A stretch of 64,000 bases of DNA from Polynucleobacter sp. (GTDB lineage Bacteria; Pseudomonadota; Gammaproteobacteria; Burkholderiales; Burkholderiaceae), in contig JBBAKF010000004.1 in assembly GCA_040403635.1 (NCBI GenBank), positions 6,565 to 70,564 on the forward strand, in the 5' to 3' direction. The notes below the pieces were generated by a model. It was not told the origin of the DNA, made no database searches, and worked only from the letters and a program-made list of their open reading frames with translations. Made by a program: the position numbers and the translations under genes. This document shows, piece after piece, positions 24,005 to 33,667 of this stretch. Each line of letters begins with the position of its first letter. The first letter of the stretch is position 1.

Positions 24005-26050
24005 ATGACGACGTCAACATTTAATCCTACGCTCTTAACCCTCATACCACTCGCTCCCTTAATTGGAGCAATCCTTACTGGATTCTTTGGCACGAAGTTT
24101 ATGGGTAATCAGTTAGGTCGCAAGGCTTGCCATCGGATTGCGATTCTTGGGGTAGCGATTGCTTGCGCTTTATCCATTTATGTTTTGACGCAGGTAATAG
24201 CTGGGGCACGATTCAATGCCAATATTTATGAGTGGATGCGTTTTGGCGATGAAATGGTCATGACGATCGGGTTTTTAATTGATCCGTTATCAGCGATGAT
24301 GATGGTTGTTGTGACATTTGTGTCACTCATGGTGCACATTTATACCATCGGTTACATGAAAGAAGATCCAGGTTATAACCGTTTCTTCTCCTATATTTCT
24401 TTGTTTACCTTCGCGATGTTGATGTTGGTAATGAGTAATAATTTTTTACAACTGTTTTTTGGTTGGGAAGCGGTTGGACTGGTCTCTTATTTATTAATTG
24501 GATTTTGGTATACCAAACCTACAGCCGTCTTTGCCAATATGAAAGCCTTTTTAGTTAACCGTGTGGGTGACTTCGGTTTCATTATGGGTATTGGTTTAAT
24601 ATTTGCGAGTACCGGGACACTCGACTACGACACTGCTTTTGGCCAAGCGCAAAATATTGCAGTTCAAACATTGCCTGGCACAAGCTGGGATTTGATGACT
24701 GTTGCGTGTATCTGTTTATTTATTGGCGCGATGGGTAAATCAGCGCAATTTCCGTTGCACGTGTGGTTACCTGATTCGATGGAAGGACCCACACCTATCT
24801 CCGCCTTGATTCATGCAGCGACGATGGTGACAGCGGGTATCTTTATGGTGTCACGGATGTCTCCTTTCTTTGAGCTATCGGATACGGCCTTATCTTTTAT
24901 CCTGATTATCGGCTCGATTACAGCATTATTTATGGGCTTTCTGGGCATCGTACAAACTGATATTAAGCGTGTTGTGGCTTACTCTACGCTATCGCAACTG
25001 GGGTATATGACAGTGGCCTTGGGAGTTTCTGCTTATCCAGTAGCGGTGTTTCATTTAATGACACATGCATTTTTCAAGGCCTTACTCTTCTTGGGAGCCG
25101 GAAGTGTCATTATGGGTATGCACCATGATCAGGATATGCGGAATATGGGTGGACTGCGTAAATACATGCCCATTACCTGGATTACATCACTAGTGGGCAG
25201 TTTAGCGCTCATTGGGACACCTTTCTTTTCCGGCTTTTACTCCAAAGACTCCATCATTGAAGCGGTAGCTGAGAGTCATATTTACGGATCTGGCTTTGCG
25301 TACTTTGCCGTTATGGCTGGAGTATTTGTGACGGCGTTTTATTCATTTAGGATGTATTTTTTAGTCTTCCATGGCAAAGAGCGTTTTGGTCATGGGCATG
25401 ACCAGCATGATCACCACGATGATAGTCATGAACATCATGGCTTAGCGCCGGGTCAAAAGCCCCATGAATCTCCGTGGGTTGTGACACTACCGCTCATATT
25501 ATTAGCTATTCCATCGGTTTTTATTGGGTACTTTGCGATAGAGCCGATGCTCTTTGGTGGTTTTTTTGATGAATCCATTAGCATCAATCATCAAGCTCAC
25601 CCTGCGATGGAAGAGTTAGAGGGAGCATTTCATGGGGCGTTCAATATGGTGATTCATAGCCTGACTTCCCCAGTCTTATGGTTAGCGATTGGTGGTGTAG
25701 CAACCGCAGCGTTATTCTATTTAGTTATGCCGAGTATCCCAGAAAAAATAGCACATTTTCTTGCCCCGTTAAAGAAGTTATTAGATAACAAGTATTACTT
25801 GGATGACATCAACCAAGCGGCGTTTGGTCGTGGTGCGCAAATTTTGGGGAATGGATTTTGGAAGGGCGGTGATCAAGCAGCCATAGATGGTTTTGTAGTC
25901 AACGGAAGTGCTAAGGTCGTCGATTGGTTTTCCAAGTTAATCAGACATTTTCAATCTGGGTATTTATACCACTATGCCTTTGCAATGATCATTGGTGTTG
26001 TGGGTTTAATTGCATGGATACTTTTCACCCATTTGGGTTCAATTCAATAA
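24005..26050 (+). CDS. nuoL: NADH-quinone oxidoreductase subunit L
   Basis: 'GWEAVGLVSYLLIGFW', 'GKSAQFPLHVWLPDSMEGPTPISALIHAATMV', 'HAFFKALLFL'. Confidence 0.97.
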   Translation: MTTSTFNPTLLTLIPLAPLIGAILTGFFGTKFMGNQLGRKACHRIAILGVAIACALSIYVLTQVIAGARFNANIYEWMRFGDEMVMTIGFLIDPLSAMMMVVVTFVSLMVHIYTIGYMKEDPGYNRFFSYISLFTFAMLMLVMSNNFLQLFFGWEAVGLVSYLLIGFWYTKPTAVFANMKAFLVNRVGDFGFIMGIGLIFASTGTLDYDTAFGQAQNIAVQTLPGTSWDLMTVACICLFIGAMGKSAQFPLHVWLPDSMEGPTPISALIHAATMVTAGIFMVSRMSPFFELSDTALSFILIIGSITALFMGFLGIVQTDIKRVVAYSTLSQLGYMTVALGVSAYPVAVFHLMTHAFFKALLFLGAGSVIMGMHHDQDMRNMGGLRKYMPITWITSLVGSLALIGTPFFSGFYSKDSIIEAVAESHIYGSGFAYFAVMAGVFVTAFYSFRMYFLVFHGKERFGHGHDQHDHHDDSHEHHGLAPGQKPHESPWVVTLPLILLAIPSVFIGYFAIEPMLFGGFFDESISINHQAHPAMEELEGAFHGAFNMVIHSLTSPVLWLAIGGVATAALFYLVMPSIPEKIAHFLAPLKKLLDNKYYLDDINQAAFGRGAQILGNGFWKGGDQAAIDGFVVNGSAKVVDWFSKLIRHFQSGYLYHYAFAMIIGVVGLIAWILFTHLGSIQ

Positions 26051-26060
26051 GCGGCCAGTT

Positions 26061-27527
26061 ATGATTTTATCTTTAGCAATTTGGATGCCGATTGTTTTCG
26101 GGTTATTCATTCTCGGTAGTGGTTCAGACACGAACAAAGGCTATGTCCGGTGGATGGCATTATTTGCTGCTACATTGAGTTTTGCGATCACGTTGCCCCT
26201 CGTTGTTGATTTTGATATTGCAAATGCGGGCATGCAGTATGTTGAGAATGTATCTTGGGTAAAACGCTTTGATCTCAATTACCACTTAGGGGTAGACGGT
26301 ATATCGGTTTGGTTTGTGGTTCTGACAGCATTCATCACTATGATTGTGATTATGGCTGCTTGGGAAGTGATTCAGGATCGTGTAGCGCAGTATATGGCAG
26401 CATTTTTAATCTTATCTGGACTCATGATTGGTGTCTTTTGTGCCTTAGATGGATTGCTGTTTTATGTGTTTTTTGAAGCCACTCTTATCCCGATGTACAT
26501 CATTATTGGAGTGTGGGGTGGTAAGAATAAAATCTATGCCGCGTTTAAATTTTTCTTGTACACCTTGCTGGGCTCATTACTGACTCTGATTGCGATTTTA
26601 TATTTATATAACGTAACAGATACATTTAATATCTTAGACTGGCATCAGGCGCAGTTGAGCTTTACAGAACAAGTCTTAATATTTTTCGCCTTTTTTATGG
26701 CATTTGCTGTCAAGGTCCCGATGTGGCCCGTACACACATGGTTACCTGATGCACACGTTGAAGCTCCAACCGGTGGGTCGATTGTTTTAGCCGCAATCAT
26801 GTTAAAGCTAGGAGCTTATGGATTTTTAAGGTTCTCATTGCCGATTGCTCCTGATGCGAGTCAGTATCTGGGACCGTTCATCATTGTTCTATCCTTAATT
26901 GCGGTTATTTATGTCGGATTAGTTGCGCTCGTTCAAAAAGATATGAAAAAACTTGTTGCATATTCATCGATTGCGCATATGGGATTTGTCACCCTAGGGT
27001 TTTTTATCTTCAATCAGATGGGGATTGAGGGAGGAATCATCCAAATGATATCTCATGGATTTATCTCTGGAGCGATGTTCTTCTCGATTGGTGTTTTATA
27101 TGACCGGATGCATACACGTCAAATTGCAGACTACGGTGGCGTTGTCAACACGATGCCGAGGTTTACGGTATTTGCAGTTTTATTTGCTATGGCCAATTGC
27201 GGTTTGCCAGCTACCTCAGGCTTCATTGGAGAGTTTATGGTGATTTTAGGGGCAATCGATTACGACTTTACGATTGGCTTACTAGCGGCAACCGCATTAA
27301 TTTTGGGAGCGGCATATTCCTTATGGATGACTAAACGCGTATTCTTCGGCGAGGTCACGAACGATCACGTGGCGCAGCTCAAGGATATTAACTCTAGAGA
27401 GTATTTCATTCTTGGCATATTGGCGATATTAACCATCGGGATGGGTGTATATCCCAAGCCATTTACCGATATTATTCATCCAGCGGCGGTTGAGTTACTC
27501 AAGCATGTTGCTGTGACTAAGATTTAA
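26061..27527 (+). CDS. nuoM: NADH-quinone oxidoreductase subunit M
   Basis: 'FYVFFEATLIP', 'KVPMWPVHTWLPDAHVEAP', 'LKLGAYG'. Start set at ATG 26061. Confidence 0.96.
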   Translation: MILSLAIWMPIVFGLFILGSGSDTNKGYVRWMALFAATLSFAITLPLVVDFDIANAGMQYVENVSWVKRFDLNYHLGVDGISVWFVVLTAFITMIVIMAAWEVIQDRVAQYMAAFLILSGLMIGVFCALDGLLFYVFFEATLIPMYIIIGVWGGKNKIYAAFKFFLYTLLGSLLTLIAILYLYNVTDTFNILDWHQAQLSFTEQVLIFFAFFMAFAVKVPMWPVHTWLPDAHVEAPTGGSIVLAAIMLKLGAYGFLRFSLPIAPDASQYLGPFIIVLSLIAVIYVGLVALVQKDMKKLVAYSSIAHMGFVTLGFFIFNQMGIEGGIIQMISHGFISGAMFFSIGVLYDRMHTRQIADYGGVVNTMPRFTVFAVLFAMANCGLPATSGFIGEFMVILGAIDYDFTIGLLAATALILGAAYSLWMTKRVFFGEVTNDHVAQLKDINSREYFILGILAILTIGMGVYPKPFTDIIHPAAVELLKHVAVTKI

Positions 27528-27542
27528 AGAACTGGAACTCGT

Positions 27543-29027
27543 ATGCAAGCCATTGACCTTTTAGAAATTCTGCCCGAGTTAATTCTATTACTCGTCATTT
27601 GTTTCATCTTATTAGTAACCCCTTTTATGAAGGAAAATGAGACGAATGATGAAGACGTATTCTTCACACCCAAGGCAGCTGGCTTTGCTTACCAAATCGG
27701 TATTCTGACGCTGTTGATTTTGGCAATCATGTTTGCAATGCGGGTTAGTGATATGCCACTAAGAATTATGAATGGATTGTATATTATTGACCCATTCTCT
27801 AATGTGCTCAAGTGTATCTCCGCGATTGCAGTGATGATCACACTGATTTATTCGAAACAGTATTTAATCGATCGTCAGTTGTTTAGAACAGACTATATTG
27901 CACTCGCGCTTTTAGCGTTACTTGGACAGTTTGTCATGATTTCTGGGGCAAACATGTTAACCCTGTATTTAGGACTTGAGTTGTTGGCGCTATCGACCTA
28001 TACCCTCACGGCGATGCGTCCGAACTATCCACGGGGAATAGAAGCAGGGATGAAGTATTTTATTTTGGGCGCCTTATCCTCCGGGTTTTTGTTGTACGGT
28101 ATGTCTATGATTTATGGTGCGACAGGATCATTAGACTTAGAAGATATTATGCGTAACATTAGTAATGATGGTGTGATGCGGTTAGTGATGGCATTTGGGC
28201 TCGTGTTTTTGTTAGCAGGCTTAGCCTTCAAATTAGGTGCTGCACCATTTCATATGTGGGTTCCCGATGTTTATCATGGGGCACCGACCTCAGTGACCTT
28301 GCTCATTGGCGGAGCACCCAAAATTGCTGCCTTTGCGATTACCTTTAGATTATTGGTTGGGGGATTACAGCCATTAGATATGGAGTGGCAACCAATCCTT
28401 ATCTTTTTAGCAATTACATCCTTAGTTCTAGGTAATCTCACTGCGATTGCTCAAACTAACATCAAGCGGATGTTGGCTTATTCCACGATATCGCATATGG
28501 GCTTTATGTTGTTGGGATTTTTATGTGTTTATGATGATCTAGCCTATAGTGCAGCTTTCTTTTATGCAGTGACTTACGTCTTATCGACTCTTGGCACATT
28601 CGGTATCTTGATGATTCTTTCGAAAAAAGGTTTTGAATGTGAAACGCTTGATGATTTAAAAGGACTTAATCGGCGTAGTCCATTACTTGCATTTATCATG
28701 CTACTACTCATGTTTTCGCTTGCAGGGATACCTCCTACAGTCGGCTTTATAGCAAAATTATCCGTTTTAGACGCCATCATTGATGCGGGATATTTAGGAC
28801 TCGCGATTTTTGCGGTCATGGCAACTTTAGTGGGGGCTTTTTACTACTTGAGAGTAGTGAAAACCATGTATTTTGAAGAGCCAACAGACAACAGTTCGAT
28901 TGATGGCCAGGGCTTTGCAAAAGGCATTCTAACGATTAATGGTATCTTTATTCTGCTAGCTGGTATTTTCCCTGCATTTTTAACGGCCTTGTGTTTAAGC
29001 GCGATGCGAATGTCATTACAGAGTTAA
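27543..29027 (+). CDS. nuoN: NADH-quinone oxidoreductase subunit N
   Basis: '[10 protein letters not shown]', '[17 protein letters not shown]', 'SLAGIPP'. Confidence 0.96.
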   Translation: MQAIDLLEILPELILLLVICFILLVTPFMKENETNDEDVFFTPKAAGFAYQIGILTLLILAIMFAMRVSDMPLRIMNGLYIIDPFSNVLKCISAIAVMITLIYSKQYLIDRQLFRTDYIALALLALLGQFVMISGANMLTLYLGLELLALSTYTLTAMRPNYPRGIEAGMKYFILGALSSGFLLYGMSMIYGATGSLDLEDIMRNISNDGVMRLVMAFGLVFLLAGLAFKLGAAPFHMWVPDVYHGAPTSVTLLIGGAPKIAAFAITFRLLVGGLQPLDMEWQPILIFLAITSLVLGNLTAIAQTNIKRMLAYSTISHMGFMLLGFLCVYDDLAYSAAFFYAVTYVLSTLGTFGILMILSKKGFECETLDDLKGLNRRSPLLAFIMLLLMFSLAGIPPTVGFIAKLSVLDAIIDAGYLGLAIFAVMATLVGAFYYLRVVKTMYFEEPTDNSSIDGQGFAKGILTINGIFILLAGIFPAFLTALCLSAMRMSLQS

Positions 29028-29623
29028 TGACAGACAAAACTTTGAACTTTCCGAGTTATGCAGAATTACCGCAAGGAGATGTTCATTTGCGTGAAAGTAC
29101 TTTGTCATCAAAACAAGCTTACGCGGGCTACTATCTTAAGCTGATGCAAGATCAAGTGCAGTTGCCAGATGGACTTACAGCAGGTCGTGAGTATCTCATT
29201 CACCCTGGTGCAGTAGCTATTGTGCCGATTTTGCCGGACGGTAGAGTTTTACTAGAAAGGCAATATCGATACCCCTTGCATCAAGCCTTTATTGAGATAC
29301 CTGCGGGTAAACTAGATCCCAGTGAAACTCCTTTAGTCTGTGCACAAAGGGAACTAGAGGAAGAAACTGGCTGTATCGCAGGACAGTGGCATTGGCTAGG
29401 TAAAATCCATCCTATTATTTCGCATTCTACGGAAGTCATCGATATCTACCTAGCGCAAGATTTGAAGATCACACAAGCAAAGTTAGATGAAGGTGAATTT
29501 TTAGATCTATTTGCAGCCACCTTACCGGAAATCCACCAATGGATTAAAGAAGGCAAAATTACTGACGTCAAAACAATCATCAGTGCTTATTGGATCAGTG
29601 ACTATCTCAAGATTGACAGGTAA
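29027..29623 (+). CDS. Nudix hydrolase (ADP-ribose pyrophosphatase-like)
   Basis: Nudix box G-KLDPS-E-TPLVCAQ-RELEEETG, plus 'RQYRYP' and 'D.KT'. ATG overlaps the nuoN stop (TAATG). Confidence 0.9.
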   Translation: MTDKTLNFPSYAELPQGDVHLRESTLSSKQAYAGYYLKLMQDQVQLPDGLTAGREYLIHPGAVAIVPILPDGRVLLERQYRYPLHQAFIEIPAGKLDPSETPLVCAQRELEEETGCIAGQWHWLGKIHPIISHSTEVIDIYLAQDLKITQAKLDEGEFLDLFAATLPEIHQWIKEGKITDVKTIISAYWISDYLKIDR

Positions 29624-29704
29624 TTTAATCCTATTCCATTTTTTAGATAAAATAGAGATTACCGTCAGTATTGACATGAAATATTAAAATAAGAATTTAT
29701 CCCC

Positions 29705-30205
29705 ATGAAAGTATATAACTTAGCGTGCCCATTAAATCACCACTTTGAAGGGTGGTTTAGTTCAAAGGAAGATTTTTCCTCTCAAAAAGAACGTGCCGTC
29801 TTATGTTGCCCGATGTGTGACAGTGCGGAAATATCGCGCATGCCATCGGCACCCTATATTGCTAGTCGTGGGCATCAGCATGAACTTAGCGCAGAGGCTT
29901 TTGAAAAAACCAGTAAAAATCTTCCGACAGGCAATGATGCAATGCATTTAACGCCAGAACAAAAATCTCAGTTTCAAGAAAAAATGCAGTCCTTGATGTT
30001 ACATGTCGTGCGGGAGATTATGGAAAAAACTGACAATGTTGGGGAATCTTTTGCTGAAGAGGCGCGTAAGATTCATTACAGAGAGGCGCCTGAGCGCAGT
30101 ATTCGCGGAATAACAACCGTCGAGGAGGCTGCTGAATTAATGGACGAGGGTATTGAGATTTATTCATTACCAGTGCCACCTTCTTTAAAAACGACACTAC
30201 AGTAA
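29705..30205 (+). CDS. DUF1178 family protein
   Basis: 'L.C...H.FEGWF.S', 'CP.C' and 'VG..FAEEARKIHY.EAPERSIRG'. Confidence 0.88.
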   Translation: MKVYNLACPLNHHFEGWFSSKEDFSSQKERAVLCCPMCDSAEISRMPSAPYIASRGHQHELSAEAFEKTSKNLPTGNDAMHLTPEQKSQFQEKMQSLMLHVVREIMEKTDNVGESFAEEARKIHYREAPERSIRGITTVEEAAELMDEGIEIYSLPVPPSLKTTLQ

Positions 30206-30232
30206 TTGAATTAATTAGCAAGACCAGAAAAC

Positions 30233-30264
30233 AAAAAAGCCCGCAGATTTTCTGCGGGCTTTTT
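30233..30264. terminator. Bidirectional intrinsic terminator
   Basis: AAAAAA-GCCCGCAGA-TTT-TCTGCGGGC-TTTTT, located between two convergent genes. Confidence 0.9.
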
Positions 30265-30277
30265 AAATTGAAGCGGC

Positions 30278-31795
30278 TTATTTAATGGTAGGCATCACAA
30301 ATTCACCACCCTTAGAAATGCTCTCAGGCCAGCGTTGCATGATACTCTTTTGCTTAGTATAGAAACGAACGCCTTCACGACCGTAGGCATGCATATCACC
30401 AAATAAAGAGTTTTTCCAACCACCAAAGCCATGCCAAGCCATAGGTACTGGAATCGGCACATTAATACCTACCATACCGACTTGTATTCTTCTTGCGAAT
30501 TCGCGAGCAATATTACCATCGCTGGTAAAGCAGGCTACCCCATTACCGAACTCATGGGCATTAATCAGATCTACAGCCTGGCTAAAGTTCTCAAGACGCA
30601 CACAAGACAGAACAGGCCCAAAGATTTCTTCTTTGTAGATTTTCATCTGTGGAGTGACATGATCAAATAAAGTACCACCTAACCAAAAGCCATTTTCAAG
30701 ACCTGGAACAGTAAAGTTGCGACCATCGACTAAAAGCTTTGCACCTTCATCAACCCCGGCTTGAATATAAGAGCTAATTCGGTTCTTGGCCGTAGAAGTA
30801 ACAATAGGACCCATTTCAGCATCGAGTTCCATACCATTTTTAATTTTTAGAGCTTTTGTTTTTTCGATCAAAGCAGGCATCACACGCTCAGCAGCAGAGC
30901 CAACTAAAACAGCTACTGAAATCGCCATACAACGCTCACCGGCTGAGCCGTAAGCAGCGCCTACGAGCGCATCGACAGCCTTATCGATATCTGCATCTGG
31001 CATGATCACCATATGATTTTTTGCACCACCTAAAGCTTGAACACGCTTACCAAAGTGGGCACTACGCTCATAAATATAATTTGCAATGGGGGTAGATCCC
31101 ACGAAACTCAGGGCTTTGACGTCAGGATTTTCGATTAAAGCATCTACTGCTTCTTTATCGCCTTGCACCACGTTAAAAACACCATCAGGCAGACCAGCTT
31201 CTTTAAATAGGTCAGCTAAAAATAATGAGGCAGAGGGATCTGTAGGGCTAGGTTTGAGGATAAAGGTATTACCACTAGCAATCGCCATAGGAAACATCCA
31301 CATCGGGACCATGACAGGGAAATTAAATGGTGTAATACCTGCTACAACACCCAAAGGCTGACGCATCGTCCAATTATCGATATTGGTAGAAACTTGTTCG
31401 GTATATTCCCCTTTAAGGAGTTCAGGGATGCCGCATGCGAATTCCACAATTTCAATACCACGGGTGACTTCACCTTGGGCATCCGTAAAAACTTTACCGT
31501 GTTCTGCGGTGATGATGGCGGCAAGTTCATCTTGATGTTGATTTAAGAGTTCAAGATACTTGAACATAATACGCGCACGGCGCAGGGGTGGAGTATCTGC
31601 CCATTTTGGAAATGCGGCCTGTGCAGCAGAAACTGCCTGAGCTACATCGGCGGTGCTTGCTAAAGCAACGCGACGGCTTTTTTGACCACTTGCAGGGTGG
31701 AAGACATCTTGAAAACGACCCGATGTACCAGCAAATCGTTGCCCACTAACATAGTGGGTTACATCATCAGTAAAGGAAAACGCTGCAGTTGTCAT
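30278..31795 (-). CDS. mmsA: CoA-acylating methylmalonate/malonate-semialdehyde dehydrogenase
   Basis: ALDH fold with 'TPFNFP', 'FVGST', 'ALGGAKNH', catalytic 'GERCMA', 'EEIFGP' and 'GINVPIPVP'. Confidence 0.92.
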   Translation of the reverse strand: MTTAAFSFTDDVTHYVSGQRFAGTSGRFQDVFHPASGQKSRRVALASTADVAQAVSAAQAAFPKWADTPPLRRARIMFKYLELLNQHQDELAAIITAEHGKVFTDAQGEVTRGIEIVEFACGIPELLKGEYTEQVSTNIDNWTMRQPLGVVAGITPFNFPVMVPMWMFPMAIASGNTFILKPSPTDPSASLFLADLFKEAGLPDGVFNVVQGDKEAVDALIENPDVKALSFVGSTPIANYIYERSAHFGKRVQALGGAKNHMVIMPDADIDKAVDALVGAAYGSAGERCMAISVAVLVGSAAERVMPALIEKTKALKIKNGMELDAEMGPIVTSTAKNRISSYIQAGVDEGAKLLVDGRNFTVPGLENGFWLGGTLFDHVTPQMKIYKEEIFGPVLSCVRLENFSQAVDLINAHEFGNGVACFTSDGNIAREFARRIQVGMVGINVPIPVPMAWHGFGGWKNSLFGDMHAYGREGVRFYTKQKSIMQRWPESISKGGEFVMPTIK

Positions 31796-31941
31796 AAAGT
31801 CTCCAAAGGGGATTGCAATTTAAGTAATATGAATATTTTACATAGAAGATAGCTTAAAGATGTATAAATACTAAAAGTCTTATTCGGTCAGATTTAATTC
31901 AAGCGATAATAGATTCTTATATCAATCATGCAAAAATTACA

Positions 31942-32583
31942 ATGGATTTACAAGTGAATCGAGAAACTTGGTTGCAACAAGCTGTACAGGCATTAGAGCC
32001 TATTTTTTCCGCGGTGGGTTATGGCATTCCGCCATTGAAAGTATCCTGTGGGTTTGCCGCCTCTAGCAGCCCGAGAACCACTCTGGGGCAATGTTGGCCG
32101 AGACAAAGGTCCGGAGAAATGGTTAATGAGATATTTATTTCACCCAAGATTGAGGACCCTGTTGATGTCCTAGACACCTTAGTTCATGAAATATGTCATG
32201 CCATTGACGACTGTCAATCGGGTCATGGTGCTGATTTTCAGGGGATTGCTCAAGTCGTTGGTTTGGAAGGTCCTGCAAGAATGGCAAGTGCTGGGCCATC
32301 ACTTAAAATACGTCTGATGACGATTAGTCAAAAGTTGGGCGAATACCCCCATCGGGCACTCAATTTCCCTCCGCCAAGACCCAGTAATTTTAGCCGCAGT
32401 AAAGCGAAGTGTCCTGAGTGCGGTTATGAAGTCACCCTGCTTAAGCGTTGGGCGGATTATGGACCACCGATTTGCCCAAAAGACAAAGTTCGGATGGAAG
32501 ATTTTTCAAAAGAAGTGATTGAACCTAGTATTGAAAATGTAGATGATCAACAAAAAGAAATTATTCATAGGGCTGTGAGTTAA
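31942..32583 (+). CDS. SprT-like zinc metallopeptidase with C-terminal zinc ribbon
   Basis: 'LVHEICH' (HExxH) followed by 'GHG..F'. C-terminal 'CPECGY...PPICP.D'. Confidence 0.72.
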   Translation: MDLQVNRETWLQQAVQALEPIFSAVGYGIPPLKVSCGFAASSSPRTTLGQCWPRQRSGEMVNEIFISPKIEDPVDVLDTLVHEICHAIDDCQSGHGADFQGIAQVVGLEGPARMASAGPSLKIRLMTISQKLGEYPHRALNFPPPRPSNFSRSKAKCPECGYEVTLLKRWADYGPPICPKDKVRMEDFSKEVIEPSIENVDDQQKEIIHRAVS

Positions 32584-32585
32584 AT

Positions 32586-33662
32586 ATGACAAAGAAACAT
32601 GAAATTGCAGTAATTGCTGGAGACGGTATTGGTGTTGAGGTGATGCCAGAGGGTTTGCGTGCGCTCGAAACAGCGTGCTCGAAGTTTGGGATTGATATCC
32701 AACTCAATCATTATGATTTTGCGAGTTGTGATTATTACCTTAAGCACGGCAAAATGATGCCTGATAATTGGTTTGATCTTTTAGTGGGGCAAGACGCTAT
32801 TTTCTTTGGCGCGGTTGGCATGCCTAAATTGGTGCCTGACCATATTTCTTTATGGGGCAGTTTGATTCAGTTCCGCAAGCGCTTTGATCAATATGTTAAT
32901 TTGCGACCCGTCAAACTGATTCCTGGTGTGCCGAGCCCGCTAGCCAATCGCAAGCCTGGAGACATCGACTTTTATGTGGTGCGCGAGAATACAGAGGGAG
33001 AGTATTCTAATGCGGGTGGGATTTTATTTGAGGGTACAGACCGCGAGTTTGTCATCCAAGAAACCGTCATGACGAGAACAGGGGTTGATCGCATCCTCAA
33101 GTATGCATTTGAGTTAGCCAATAAGCGCCCTAAAAAGCATCTCACTTCAGCCACAAAATCCAATGGGATATCCATTACTATGCCTTATTGGGATAAGCGT
33201 GTGGCTAATATGGGAACTCAGTATCCGCAAGTGAAGGTAGATCAATTTCATATTGATATATTGACGGCTTTCTTTGTGCAACGACCACAACATTTTGATG
33301 TGGTTGTCGGTAGTAATTTATTTGGCGATATTTTGTCGGACTTAGGGCCTGCTTGTACTGGTACGATTGGTATTGCCCCATCGGGCAATATTAATCCTGA
33401 AGGAATCTATCCTTCCTTGTTTGAGCCTGTTCATGGTTCTGCCCCTGACATTGCGGGCAAAGGTATTGCGAACCCGATCGGACAAATTTGGAGTGCGGCG
33501 ATGATGTTAGAGCACTTGGGATATCCACAGGCCTCTCAAGCGATTGTGGATGCCTTTGAAAAAGTCTTGGCTGCTGGTCCAAAGAACGCACCATTTACAC
33601 CCGATATGGGTGGCACTGGTAATACGCAAGACTTTGGCAAAGTGATTGCTGCAGCGATTTAA
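32586..33662 (+). CDS. ttuC: Tartrate dehydrogenase / D-malate dehydrogenase (decarboxylating)
   Basis: 'GDGIGVEV', 'SLWGSLIQFRKRFDQYVNLRP', 'RENTEGEY', 'KSNGI', 'NLFGDILSD' and 'EPVHGSAPDI'. The 'SLWG' region points to the TDH/DmlA subfamily rather than LeuB. Confidence 0.88.
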   Translation: MTKKHEIAVIAGDGIGVEVMPEGLRALETACSKFGIDIQLNHYDFASCDYYLKHGKMMPDNWFDLLVGQDAIFFGAVGMPKLVPDHISLWGSLIQFRKRFDQYVNLRPVKLIPGVPSPLANRKPGDIDFYVVRENTEGEYSNAGGILFEGTDREFVIQETVMTRTGVDRILKYAFELANKRPKKHLTSATKSNGISITMPYWDKRVANMGTQYPQVKVDQFHIDILTAFFVQRPQHFDVVVGSNLFGDILSDLGPACTGTIGIAPSGNINPEGIYPSLFEPVHGSAPDIAGKGIANPIGQIWSAAMMLEHLGYPQASQAIVDAFEKVLAAGPKNAPFTPDMGGTGNTQDFGKVIAAAI

Positions 33663-33667
33663 TCGTC

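Noticed and set aside
29671-29707. TTGACA ... CCCCAT upstream of DUF1178, resembling a sigma32 or sigma70 promoter
   Set aside because: CCCCAT overlaps the start codon, and no -10 lies at a valid spacing from TTGACA.
31820-31875. Imperfect inverted repeats (TATTTACAT...ATGTATAAATA) in the mmsA/SprT spacer as a LysR box
   Set aside because: The sequence is extremely AT-rich, the arms are imperfect and no regulator is adjacent. Not distinguishable from chance.
31928-31957. 9-codon out-of-frame uORF (MQKLQWIYK) overlapping the SprT-like start
   Set aside because: No SD, no amino-acid bias and no associated structure.
32586-33662. Possible leuB call, given the nearby leu/ilv genes
   Set aside because: The substrate-loop sequence (SLWGSLIQFRKRFDQYVNLRP) fits the tartrate/D-malate dehydrogenase subfamily better.
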